From Carcharhinus longimanus (Eukaryota), in the NCBI GenBank assembly GCA_030264375.1, contig JASCQW010000081.1, positions 58,763,856-58,827,855 on the forward strand: a stretch of DNA of 64,000 nt, given 5' to 3'. A program made the translations under genes and the position numbers. This document shows positions 1-13,000 of the stretch, piece by piece. The stretch's first letter is position 1. The number at the start of each line of letters is the position of its first letter. A model generated the notes under the pieces. That model made no database searches. It was not told where the DNA came from and saw only the letters and a list, made by a program, of their open reading frames with translations.

Positions 1-515
1 AAAGGGCACATGGACAAGTTGGGCTGAAGAGCCTGTTTCCATGCTGTAAACCTTTATGACTCTATGACTTCAAAATACAGCTGATCTATTCAGTGGTGAA
101 AGAGCAAGGGGTAATGGAAATCTGTAATTCTTCCCTAAAATGCTGTGAATTCTGATCCATTGACATTTTCAAGATTTAAGATGGACAGATATTGATGAAC
201 ACAGTAAGAAGTCTCAACACTAGGTTAAAGTCCAACAGGTTCCTTTGGAATCATGAGCTTTCACAGCACCGCTCCCTCATTAGTGAGTCCTGAGGACTCA
301 CCTGATGGAGCGGTGCTCTGAAAGCTTGTGATTCCAAATAAACTTGTTGGACTTGAACCTGGTGTTGTGAGACTTCTTACTGCGCCCCAGTCCAATGCCG
401 GCATCTCCAGATATTGATGAAGTGAGGGATGTGGGTCAATGGAATTGTGATGCAATTCACCTATAATCTAATAGACTGGGCGAGCAGGCCTGAAGAGCTC
501 ATTAGCCTATGGTTG
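1..515 (+). mobile_element. CR1-type LINE 3' ends (two decayed fragments; the second is interrupted at about 200-410)
   Basis: gggctgaagagcctgtttcc...tatgactctatgact tail at 1-68; cgagcaggcctgaagagc tail near 480. Confidence 0.6.
200..410. mobile_element. Palindromic Penelope-like (family A) element with degenerate hammerhead core
   Basis: Inverted arms agtaagaagtctc...tgagtc / gactca...gagacttcttact; flanked by direct repeat cagatattgatgaa (186-199, 408-421). Confidence 0.8.
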
Positions 516-963
516 CTATGAAAATTATTCTCAACTGCACTCAAACACAGCTGAAGATTGGCAATAAAAATACTTGCATGTTTAAGTTGTAGTTTAGATT
601 ACAAATCCTGATTTCTCATTGTGCCCTCAGCTAAACCAGTATTGCTTCCCTCCTCTTGGGACCTTTCTGATAATGAGCTTCCTCTTCAAAATTCACTCAG
701 TAACACACTGAGCACACTTGGTTGCAGGTTATACACTGATATGGTTTCCTTTTTGCCATTCCAAAATGTAGCGTTATATTGTAAATTAATTTATAAAATA
801 CTGATCAAATATATAAAAAAAATGTTTGTAGAGACAAGAAGAAATAGGTGTGGCCCCCTTTTATTTGTGCAATGTTCTGTGTTCAATGCTTAAAACACCC
901 TTTTATGAATTTTACAAGGTAAACAGAATTAATCTACAATTTATCCTCTAACTTGTATTTCAG

Positions 964-1057
964 ATCATTCATACTGGAACTCCATGAAACTTTCCATGAT
1001 GATCCAGGAAGCTAATACCATTAGCAACAACCTGAAAAAGAACACTGTTTTCAGCAG
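964..1057 (+). CDS. KIF14: KIF14 exon (HSYWNSMKLSMMIQEANTISNNLKKNTVFSR)
   Basis: ttgtatttcag acceptor, gttagc donor; 94 nt, phase 1-2. Confidence 0.95.
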
Positions 1058-4000
1058 GTTAGCATCACCAAAAATATCTCCCAAATACAGTTGGCAATCT
1101 TCTTATTGTTTGACATTTACTTATAATTATTAAAAGTAAAAGGGTTAATTAGGGATTGCCAATTAATAATGGCCTGGCAAGTGATACCCTATCTCATGAA
1201 CAGTGAGTATGACTCACCTGAGTATGACTCACCTGAGTATGCCAGTTTTCATTTCATGTTATTGCCTTATTTGATTTACTTGATATTACAAACATTGTAG
1301 AAAATGATGAACAACTGGATGCATCAGGACAATCTATTATTTAGATTGGTTTATGTGTTTATTCATATATGTAATTGTTCGAATTTTGTTAGATGCAGGT
1401 GATTAGACATGAATGTTGCTAACTGGAAGCTGAGCAAAGATATCCCTTAAAAATAACATGTATAAAATTGTAATTTGAGGTGCTGGAAGATTGAGGAATA
1501 ATGTGGAGTTAGTGAGGACAGTTGTGGATGAGCAAGTGGGATTTTGTGCAGGATGGCAGACAGGTAACAGATTTAGCTGATCTGACATTTCGGGGGACCT
1601 GATTTGAGGTGGTCTGCTCCCAGGGACTCTGCCAATGTCATTCTTTTAGTATGCAAAAGAACTGCGATACATGTATTTTCTTCTCCTATAGTCCATTGTG
1701 GAAATACCTTGCCTTCATTCTACTTTGACCTCATAAAATGAATAAGATTAAACATTTTCTGTTTGAATCATGAGCTTAAATCATTTAACTTGCCTTAACA
1801 TTCTGGAATGTGAACATATGCACTGGTTGCAAATCAATTATCTTGACACCTGAAAATGATTGTTCCTTGTACAATGGTGTTGATATTCAAAACAGGTTAG
1901 GATACATACAAGTGAAATGTTATAANNNNNNNNNNNNNNNNNNNNNNNNNNNNNNNNNNNNNNNNTGCTGAATGGTCATGCATTACTAATGTATCTTGTG
2001 TGTGTATTCTATGTGTAGATATGTATTTGGATTTCCAAAAGCATTCAAAAAGATTAATGCACAAGATAAAGGCTCATGGAGTTGGGGTGATATATTAGCA
2101 TGGATAGAGGATTAATTAATGGACATGAAGCAGAAAATGGGACTAAATGGGGCATTTTTAAGTTGGCAGGCTGTGACCAGTGGAGTCCCACAAAGATCAG
2201 TGCTGGGGCTTTTGCTATTTACAGCTATATTAACGATAGAACATTTGTATCTAAATTTGCTGACAATACAAAGCTAGGAGGGTGTTCAAACCGTGAGGAG
2301 AATACAGGGGCTACAAAGAGTTGGACAGGTTTAAGTGAGTGGGCAGCAAGATTACGCATGGACATAATGTGAAGAACTGTGAGATTATTCACTCTAGTCC
2401 TAAGAACAGAAAAACAGATTTTTTTTTTAGAAAGGTATGCTACACTTGTAAAGGGCTTTGATGAGACCACATCTGGAATACTATGTGAAATTTTAGTCTC
2501 CATATTTAAAGGAGGATATACTTGCATTGGAGACAGGTTCACTAGATTGGACCCTGGGATGAGACAGTTGTCCTATGATGAGAGGCTGAGCAAATTGGGA
2601 GTATGTTCTCTGCAGTTAGAAGAATAAGGGGTGATCTCATTGAAACCTTTAGGATTATGATCGGGTTGGCTAGAGAATCTAGAAGAGAGGGTGCATTTTC
2701 AGGGCAGGGACCTTATCATTTAGGACTGAGATGAGGAGAAATTTCTTCAGTCAAAATGTTGTGAATGCTTGGAATTCTCTGTCCCACAGGATGGCGAATG
2801 TGTCATCATTGGTTATATTTAAGGTTGAGAAAGACAGATTCCCTGAAACACCTCAAATCTAGGGATAGGGGGAGTAAGTAGGAAAGTGGAATTGAAACCA
2901 CCATCAGCCATGATCATTTTGAATGGTGGAGCAGGCCCAGCAATCTTGTCTAACTCTTACCTTGTATTTTTCCTTTTTACAGGCATGAAGAGTCTGATGA
3001 TGAAAATAAAAACATCCAAACTCCGATTCGGATACAGGTTAAAAATACTAAACTGGGCATAAGCACGTTCTGGAGCTTGGAAAAATTTGAATGCAAGTTG
3101 GCAGCAATGAGGGAACTTTATCAGGTAAAGTTATATTCTCATTATAACATATTAGAATAACTGTTCCAGCAATTCTTTTTTAAGATAAATTTGCTATAAT
3201 CCCAGATTACCATAAACCTAGTGGTGATTTAACCTGAGAATCACCACACCTCAGGCAAGGGGCAAGGTTAAGGAGGCAAGTCCTTCAGGAATGACCTCAG
3301 CTGGTACAGGAATTGAACTGCACTGTTGGTGTCACTCTACACTGAGTCAGCTGTCCAATCAACTGAGCTTAATTGACTCCCCACAGCAAACATTTCTCAG
3401 TAATCTGGACCCGCTAGCCGAAAGAAGGAAGGTTTCTATGATTTCTATTTGCTGCTTGGTGGGACTTGATAATTAACAGGTGTTGATTATTTCTGTATTT
3501 TGGATTCACCACAATCCGTGACCAAACCAATTTAATGGATTTTCCCAGAAACCAAAGTAATAACATCAAATGCCTCAAATGTACATTAAAGCCTTATCGC
3601 TGTACTGTTTAACATTTCCTCTAAGACTTGCTCCAAAATCCAATTTGTTACATCCTAGAGACTATCAGAAAAAATTTTGCCATGTTACTTTCCTGCAACA
3701 CATAATGTGCACTTTACAGGGGGGGGGGCATAAGTAATTTGTAAATGCTTAGAATCAAATTTCCTTTCGCAAATGCGACAACAACATATTTGCATGTCTT
3801 TGTATTTCTTTACCTCTTTAGAGCACCCCTCTTGTTTTCTTTACCTTAAGATTCCTGGCTTATTTCTCTTCTATTTTACATTTTTATTACTTTTTTAGTA
3901 TTTTCTGGTACTTTGTCGACTTTAGATGGCAGCTATGAAAATAGTTGGTTTGAATCAAAAGCAGAAGTTTCTTTCGAAGTATTATCTGCTTGATTGGACC

Positions 4001-7000
4001 AGAAGACACATGGCCAATATTTTTCTAAATTTACAATTTAAATAAACGTTTATATAAAGGAAAATGGCTTTTTATTTCACTTGTGTTTACTGTAAATTAA
4101 TGATACCAAATTAATACCTTGGAATAAAACAGTGCAGTGTTGCCTTTGCTATACTCAAAACATGAAAGAATGTGCATATTATAATGTGTTCTAATTACAA
4201 GTATTTAGTTCAAATGCCTGTTACTAATACTATTCAAATTTTCATTCTTTGCCATAGTTTGTTTTCTAATTCTACTTTGAAAGAAAGCTTAGATTTCTTA
4301 AATGTGTTTTGAATTTATGGACTCTCTCTCTTTCTTGTGCCATCCCTGTTGAGGCTTGATAAGATGTGGTATGAAAATCAAGTCAATTATTCAAAAAATA
4401 AGTTGTATTCTTGCACATGACATGGAAATTCATGAGCAGTAAAAGCAGAATCTGGACAAGTCCTGATAAAACAAATTCAAACGTCATGACCATTAGTCTG
4501 GCCTCAAAATCGGACACAACAATCTGTCTTTTTCAACATCAATAGGTGATAAGATGGGCTTTTCAGGTCTTGCATATATTTTTTACACTGCAAAATGCTC
4601 AGGCTCGTAGGAAAATTTACATAAAGACATGGTAGAATTTTGTTGTAAAATTACTTCATGCAGGTGTCTTTTCACAAGCTTTAAAATATTCCCTGTTTTT
4701 CTGTTTTATTTTACTGCTTCACATTTAATAGTTTTATTTATATTGGCATTTTAGCTTAACAGTAATTTTCATTTTATTTTCTTTAAAGGTCCTGTTTGAA
4801 TAGAGGATATTAGACATGTTCTATCTTGTTTCCAGGCAATTACTTGGCAAAGTTGGCTTTACATTTGCAGTTAACAGTTTACCCACCATGAGAAAATTGT
4901 ATAACAAAGCTCCTGTTCATTGGTTTGAGTAGTAAAGGGTATAAAAACTTGGTTATTTCCAGAAGACTTAAAATAAATATCCTTATGAAAAAATAGCATT
5001 TCATTTCATATGTGATTTTCTGCGTTGGCTTGTGTAATGATCATTTGTACTACTTTTGCCACCAAATCATTCGGTGTGTCAGCATTAAGGGACTGAGGAA
5101 CCACAAAGTTTGAAAGGTTAAAATTAAACTTGTATTTTAATAAGAGTCACCATGAAGTTAAAGACTAATATAATGGAGCAATTAATGTTACAATTTATGA
5201 ATTGTGAACTCTTCATTTGAATTACTGACTCTGAGACCTCTGTTGTTCTCCTTTACTGTTGACCCTCACTACATCTGACTGAAGAAATAGTTTGTGTTGT
5301 GATTTGAATCGTGAAGATGTTACAGATGGCAGTCTGCTATATAGAATTAGATGCACTGAGGGTCTGGTAGCACAGTGCTAACATCAGTGGCCTAGTAATC
5401 CTGAAGCCAGTACTGTTGTGGAATTTTAAAAGTGGCCAATTGTGTCTTAACTTAGACAATTCAAAACTCACAAGGCAAATATCTCTGTGCAAAGATGTAA
5501 CAAAATTTATTTTGCGTAAAACATAGAACAAAACAATGCACACATACAGCCTACAGGAGACTTAGGGTTGGAAAGCTCTAAGAATAGAGCAAAAGAACCT
5601 CTCCGAAAGATCTCAAGTACAGCGTCAAATACAGATCAATTATACTTTTTTCTAATCAATAATTCTGCTTATAATTAGCTTAAAATCAATTTCATTTCAG
5701 TCACACATCAATACAAATCTCTGTCAAGTATCTCAGCCAACCATATGACACTTAATAGCATAGTGATAGCTCATTCGCCCAGTTAATATGGACATAGTCT
5801 ACTGTCTTGGTTCTAACTACATTCCTGCTGCTCGATAATGGCAGATGCTGTCGCGAGGTCAAAATGGATGTTCCCACTGGCTCACTGCCAAGTTGAATAG
5901 AGATGTGTTCCTGCATCCAGGGGCAAATCTATCATTGTGTCTGGAGAGTGAATGCATCAATTCCTAATGTTGCAATATATGTTCCCTTTTTGGAATTTCC
6001 CCAATAAGATGACTGCTGAGTAACCTGTTCCCAGACCTTTGGCTTTAAACTATTGACATTTACCACCATGCCTTTTGGTACTAGTGCTTGACTCAAGTGG
6101 ACAATATATTTAAAATATCAGTATATATATTTTAAAATCATAACTTGTTTTGAATCACTTACTGCATTCACATATGTGTAAGTTGTTTGTGCTAGCTTGT
6201 CCAGTAATCATTTAACTCTTTACTGATCCTTTGTCCTCTGAAAGGGTGCATTTTGCCTATGAATCTTATTAGCTAGTTAGAAATTTCCTTCAAGTATCTC
6301 TAACTTAAAAACAACTACTGTCGGTGGCCGTTAAAACAATGGATCATCGTACAAACCAACTGGTTCACTAATGTTCTTTCAGAAAGCACCTGGTTTGGCT
6401 TGTATGTGACTTCCATCCAATGCAATGTGGCTGACTTTTAACCGTATCTGAAATGGCCTAGTAAGCAACCCGGTAGTGATTCACCAACAGCTTTTCAAGA
6501 CAAAGGCAAGTTGGTGAAGGGCTTGAAAAACTTTACCTTAGCAGCAATGGTCTCAGCACATGAATAACTATTGCTGGAAACCTGGGACCAAGGGCTTCCT
6601 ACCACAATTGGTGTGAAGTGTTTATTAATTGCAAAGATAAGTTAACAAATTACTTGTTGTTTTATTGATGATTGCCAGACTCATCGGCATTTAATCACCT
6701 TTTGTCTTGGTACTTTTATTTTAAACTTGATGAATCACTGCTTCAAAATCCAACATTAAATATAGCTCTCTTCCAAATATTTCTTGGAGAACTAGTCAAA
6801 AACTCTGAAATTTGATGGGAGCAAATATTCTGGTTTGTTCTATTGCTTTTTCAACATTAATACCGAAATAGATTATAATATATCTTCTCAACAGGGCAAT
6901 ACACATTCTAGAGATGAAGACCTTTTTTATGACCCCAATGATGATTGGGAAACTGATTTAATACTATCTTCCTCTTTCTCTAGAAGAAGGTGAGTAGGTT

Positions 7001-10000
7001 TTGAAATGTGTTTCCATGCAATCAAAGTTGATTTGAAAACAGCACATTCTGAATTGGAGGGGTATAACATATGGAAGGTACTAAAAGAAGATGGCACTGA
7101 CAACACTTTGCTGTTGTCAGTGCTACGTCATAGACTTCAATCTATGCAGCTCTCTTTTTTGAATTAGTACTCCTCTACTGGGATTTTGAAGCTGTATTTC
7201 CCCTCCTTCGAGTTATGGGTACAGCAGTAACTTTGCTCTGTTATTTTTGAATGTATAATGAATCAATACCCTCTTGGTTTTCAATGCATTCTTTGTAGAT
7301 TTTGATTTAATGGAAAGTATTTAAATAAGATAATACAAAGCATATTGTGAGCAAGATAGGTCCATAATTTCACATTATCATTCCTAAACAGTACAACTTG
7401 TACAATAACTTTTTTGCAGGTTGAATTTCAATTTTTTGAGTTTAGTGTATTAAATTTAAGTGGAAAAATCAGTTTGCAACATGTAGATGTTACACTAGTG
7501 GTGTTTGGTATTTATTACATATATTCCTGACTTGAATCTATTACATATGCATACTTATCCTGTGCCAATCACCACCCCTCACGTTTTAGATGTTGTTTTC
7601 TCATTTTGGATCCAAGCATGTCCAAACCCAAATGCAAACAAGTGTTCCTCCCTGAGCCAGTTAAGTTATGGTATTCTTAATCATGCACTAAACTTTCTGT
7701 ATTGAGGTCTGTAATCTGTGCTGCAATAGATCCTGATGACAACTGCGATTGTTCAGGAAATTATAGCTACATTTTCTAAAGGAATGTGGAACAAAGCATT
7801 TGATGGTGCTCCAAGTGACACCCGCTTCCCATAGATTTTATTCCTCTAAAACAAAAATAAAAAATGGCTTTTATATAATGCGTGTATGTATGAAAATATA
7901 GCTCCTGATTTATCATGTTGTCTCTTCGTGCGCACAGTGCTAAGCTATCGATTAGAAGTAGATGATGCTTGGTAAATTGTTGTTCCAAGTTTCAAAGCTT
8001 TAAAAAGCTTAGTTCACAGTGTATGTGCCAACTTAAACAGAAGCTAGTGTCCTTCAGAACAGTGTCTTTTGCCAGTCAGTAGTTGTGTTACTGAAAAGCT
8101 TACGACATACAACTGTGAAACTTGGAAACAAATTGGGATGATAGATTTTCACACCACATGTTCATTTGTTGTAGTGTTAAGGCACTGGAATAACCTCTGT
8201 TGTTATTCTGTCTGGAATATTTAACAGTGCCTTTTTTGTATTCCAGACGGAATACTGTTGAAAGGGATAGATACAGGTCTTGGATGCATTATTGAAGTTG
8301 AATAATTGTTTAAAACTACCACCTTAAAATATTCAGTTTGGAAAGAAATGTGTATTTAAAAATGCACCTTTTTTAAACAAAAAAATGTGATCCTTTGTAC
8401 CTTTTCAGAGTTCCATGTGTACAAATCAATAATAAATGCATTAGTCCCTGTTATGATTTTCTGCTGAGGCATTCTCACTTGCTGCACATTTCTAAGCCAT
8501 CACCATTGTTAGATTTGGACGATATATGAATTGTTTTGAGATAGTAAGCCTCAATAATAAAAGCTCCCATTCCTAAAAAGACCTAATTTGCTTCATAGCA
8601 ATGTTGGGAAAAGGATGGGATGAATTAATGTTCCCAACATTTAATTATCTCCCCATTTGAGCATCAAGATTTAATTAACTTCTTGCCCTCTTCAGAAATA
8701 ACACTACAGAATCCTTTTTATGATAAATTCACATTTTAACAGCTTTAATTTTCTCCAAACTGGTACTGTTTGGCTTACAATCTCTTAACAGTCCAACTAA
8801 ATGCTATCAATTGAATTGTTAGAATCAGTTGATCCTACTTTGGGATATGAGAGCCTTAAGTTGCTTAGCGTTATGTGTCAACACTGATCAACTGATAGGC
8901 TTCTGGTTTCTGGATTAGAAGATTGCTTTTTTGAGTCTCACATCCAGATTTAGGTGGCATAATCTATACTAAAACTACTCCAAGACAGCGCATTGCTGGG
9001 GCTACTAGCCATCATATGAGACAAAATCCTGTGTACTATTGAGGAAAAACAATTAAGATCCCTGTGGTGATTTTTAAAATATAATCACCAATTCTCCTAG
9101 TGCCATGCCAATATTCTTTCCTCAGACAGTATCATCTAAACAAAGAAAATCACCTTATTGTTTATGGGGTGCTGCTAATGGAATTGTTTGCCACATTTGA
9201 ATTTACTTTATGATATGCTAGTGACGCAAAATGCCATATATATTGTGTTTAAAAATATTGGCTTTCATTAGGCCTTCTGTGCCATCATTGCTCATAAAGT
9301 AAAAAAGACTTGCAGTAATATTGTGCTTTTGATGGCTGTTGGAAGTCTGAAAGTGTTTTATAGCCAATGGAGCAAATTTGTAGTGCATTAATCTTGAATC
9401 ATACAAGTTTTTTTTAATGTGTTCAGATCACAGTAAGGATAGCATTTAACTAGTTAGTCAAACAGCTAGACATCTATCTTGGTATCCATTATTAATAAAT
9501 GGCCCTTCAGGAATATATTCCAACATTCATAGATTTGTTTCTATTGTGACTTGGAATGTGTGAATGCACTGAGCAGCAGTTTGAGGATGTTGCTAATGAT
9601 ATAAATGCAATAATTTGTGAAACAACTGAAATTACACACTTCATTTTTCCATGCTTAGAAGCAGAAGCTTTTTCAAAAGCAAACGAATATCTGGGTGTTT
9701 AGCAGGAATCCAAGCTCTTAGTGTTCAGAATCTGCAGTCTGCACATCCTACAGGTAACTATTCATAGAATATTTACATACTAAACTACTGTGTGTATATG
9801 TGAATTCAGTTAGTGTTCTGTTTTATTTTCATAAGTTGCTGCAATGAATACTTGATTTTGGCAATTATTTCTGTAGTCTTTATTCTCTACCTTTATCCTA
9901 TATCTTATTCTGAGGGTATTAATTTTGCTGGGATATTATTTCACAGGCACTGACTGTATTCCAGTAAGTCCTTGTTCTTCCTGTGGGAGTCCACGTGGTG

Positions 10001-13000
10001 TTGCCAGATATTTTTATCTTGAGCACACCATAACCCAAGTCTAACCTGCTTGTGTGCTTGCATGCTCTGTGGCAGGCATTGGATAGTTATCAGGAGCAGT
10101 TACCCTGACTGCTAATGGAAAGTGTATAATATGGACTTTGGTCTTCACTTCATTTAGAAATTCCCAGGTTCCTAATTATTTTTTCCTCCTTCCCTAACTC
10201 CTGCATTCTTAAGGTAATTTTTATGTTGTCCCAGTTGAGGTTGATCAAAGGAATCAAACCTAGATTAAACTGCGCAAAGTTTAGCTACCCATTGCCTTAA
10301 AATAGGGATTGCTAGGTGAAAAAGAAATGACCTAATTTCTGCCTCTGCCATCTGAGGAAGCTTATTCAATAGATAATCCACTTATATATGTGGGGTATTT
10401 CTCTAGGTTAAATTTAGCATCCCTTACCCCACTTTAAGCAGAAGCTTTGTTCTTTGGTTCCCATTATTTTGGACTAAGTAAATAGCTTGACATGGACTAC
10501 ATTACTTTGTTAGTTTAGAATCTTACAATCAGCTGAACTGTTGGATGGCTGTTTTTTAATCCATTATTTTACACGGACACAATGTTTGGTAAGTGCTGAA
10601 TGTTTGATGTTTGCAGCTATTTAGTACTTACCCTTTTTGGGGTATGTACTAAATAGATGCATGATCTTATTTCTGATGCATGTGGTAAATGTAACTGAAT
10701 AGTTTGTCAACATTAAATACTTGTATTTCTGTGTCGTTCAGTATTGTTTTTTCATTATCTCTATCAGAATCAGCATAAACCTTTTTACTGATTGCATAGA
10801 GTAAGAACATTACAAGATTTTACATGTAGTTTAAATTGTTTTAAGTTTGGAAAGAAAATTGTCACCATGACAACTCTAGACACATTTATCGTCCAGGGCA
10901 GCTGCCAGCCTTGTTGAACTTGAGGCAACATAATAGCTACTCTCTGTGACAAGATAAAGAATGCATGTAACCTCTGAGTTATTTCTATGAATTTCAAGTT
11001 GCGCAGCATGTGGTTGGTTAAATTTTACCTGCTCTACTGTGTTTCTTTACAGCTGTGATTACTGCCATTATAAGCCAGATGGCTGTCCAGCAGAAATGGC
11101 ATTCATTCACTTAATGACTTCTTCGTAAATTGTCCTACACTATTCAATGTTGTTTTTAATGCTGCATATGAAATATAACTGGCAAAATCAAGAGCTGAGG
11201 CAAAATGCATAATACACACTAGGATTTGTTGCAGGAGTTTGTTTTCTGAATCTAGTAACATGTCTTTTGCATTAACTGTAGAGCTGAAACTTTGAATTAT
11301 TAGCAGTTATTCAAACCTTTTCACTAATGAAATTATTTTCATTTTGAAACAGATCTGCTAAATGTTTCTCAGAGTATATGTTTAAAAGGGTCAGAGTCAA
11401 CACTGCCTGTCGTTTGTAAGGAAATTTTAGGTGCAGCTGTTGATTTTCTGGGAAGAAATCATTTATCACAGGAGAACATTCCTGATAGACTTACAACTGA
11501 TCTCCTAACAATTTATAAAGGGACGATGGAAATCTCCAAATCCTATGAACAGCTTGATGAAGAAAGTCAAGAAAATTGTAAGTCTGCAATTCTGATTTTT
11601 AAAAATTATATCTAGTTTTTTTTCCAGAAATTACTTTGGCACTTCTTAGAACTAAAAGGAAAATGCAGATAACTGCATGTTTTCCAATGATGTATGAGAC
11701 ATTTATTCAGAGAATTGGATTATAAACCTGAGCTGCCTGGGTCTTGCTGATGTGGTGGGGAAAGCAAACTTTTTACAAGATGAAAGGAAAGAACCTCGGG
11801 AGTCATTGTTCATCAATTAGGTGGCTCAATTTACTTGTGCATAATTTCATATTGTGATCTAACATTAATGGCTCACTTTTTAATTCTACCTAGTGTTCAT
11901 CAATAATCAAGCCATGCAATCATACTGTGTCAGAGCCACATCAATTTTTGAAAGAGTGACCATTCTCATGAAGCTGTGGATGGACATTGCCCCACAAGAT
12001 ACATGCTTTGAGATAATTGAAGATGAACTGCTTGGAGAAGTTAGAACATTAGGTAGAAACTTACAACTACTATTGCAGGTACATTATGTTCATTTTCATT
12101 ATCTGTGTGCAAAACTTGTGGCAAGCAAGATTAAAATTCAAAGTGTTTTATTTTCCTCTTGATATAGCAGCAGATCCTTAATTAAATAACTAAAACACAG
12201 AACGCTTGAAAATCTCAGCAGGTCTGATAGCATCTGTAGAGAAAGAATAAAGCTAACATTTCGAGACTGGATGGCCTTTTGTCAGAGCCATTAGCTCTAT
12301 CCTGACTCCACAGATGCTGTCAAACTTGCTGAGATTTTCTAGCATTTTCTGATTTTATTTCAGATTCCAGCATCTGCAGTAATTTGCTTTTATCCTGAAC
12401 TAATAATTCTGGCTCTCCAAGAAGGAGTATAATTGAATTTTGTATTCACATCTGAGTTGAAAGTGCCTTCTACTTATACATTAGAACACAGAAGATAACA
12501 AACCAGACCAAGGATACAGAAGGAAGTCTAAAATAAGATCATCATCCAGTTGTTTCATCTGTTGGCTATGACATCAATTTCTGTCAATATCTCAAATACA
12601 AAATGAATAGGCTAAATTATGTGCCAGATTTCCTGACTGCCACACACCCCACTGTTAAAAAGACGGGACAATCTGCTGTGGGAACAGCAGGGAGCCATTT
12701 AACGGCTCAATTTGAGGAGGGGCTCCTGCCTTGAAGGGTTCTCTCTCTGCCTATGAGTTCCTCTAAATGTCTTGAAAACTTGGATCAAATCACCCTTTTA
12801 ACCTTATAAATTCGAGAGCATATAGAATCGTATTCCGCTTCAGAGTCAGTAAATATGAGCTTGTGGATATATTGATTACAGAATATATATTTGTGTTCTG
12901 GGGAAAGGCTGATTGTTCTGGAGCACAGAGGGATTTGTGGACTTAAGCTCTCAATACATTAAAGTGGCACATAAGTGAATAATGCAATCATAAGCTAATA

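Noticed and set aside
200-410. Pre-miRNA or CRISPR-like repeat reading of the dispersed palindromes
   Set aside because: Copies are dispersed, diverged, flanked by target duplications and lack a spacer array; the host is a eukaryote.
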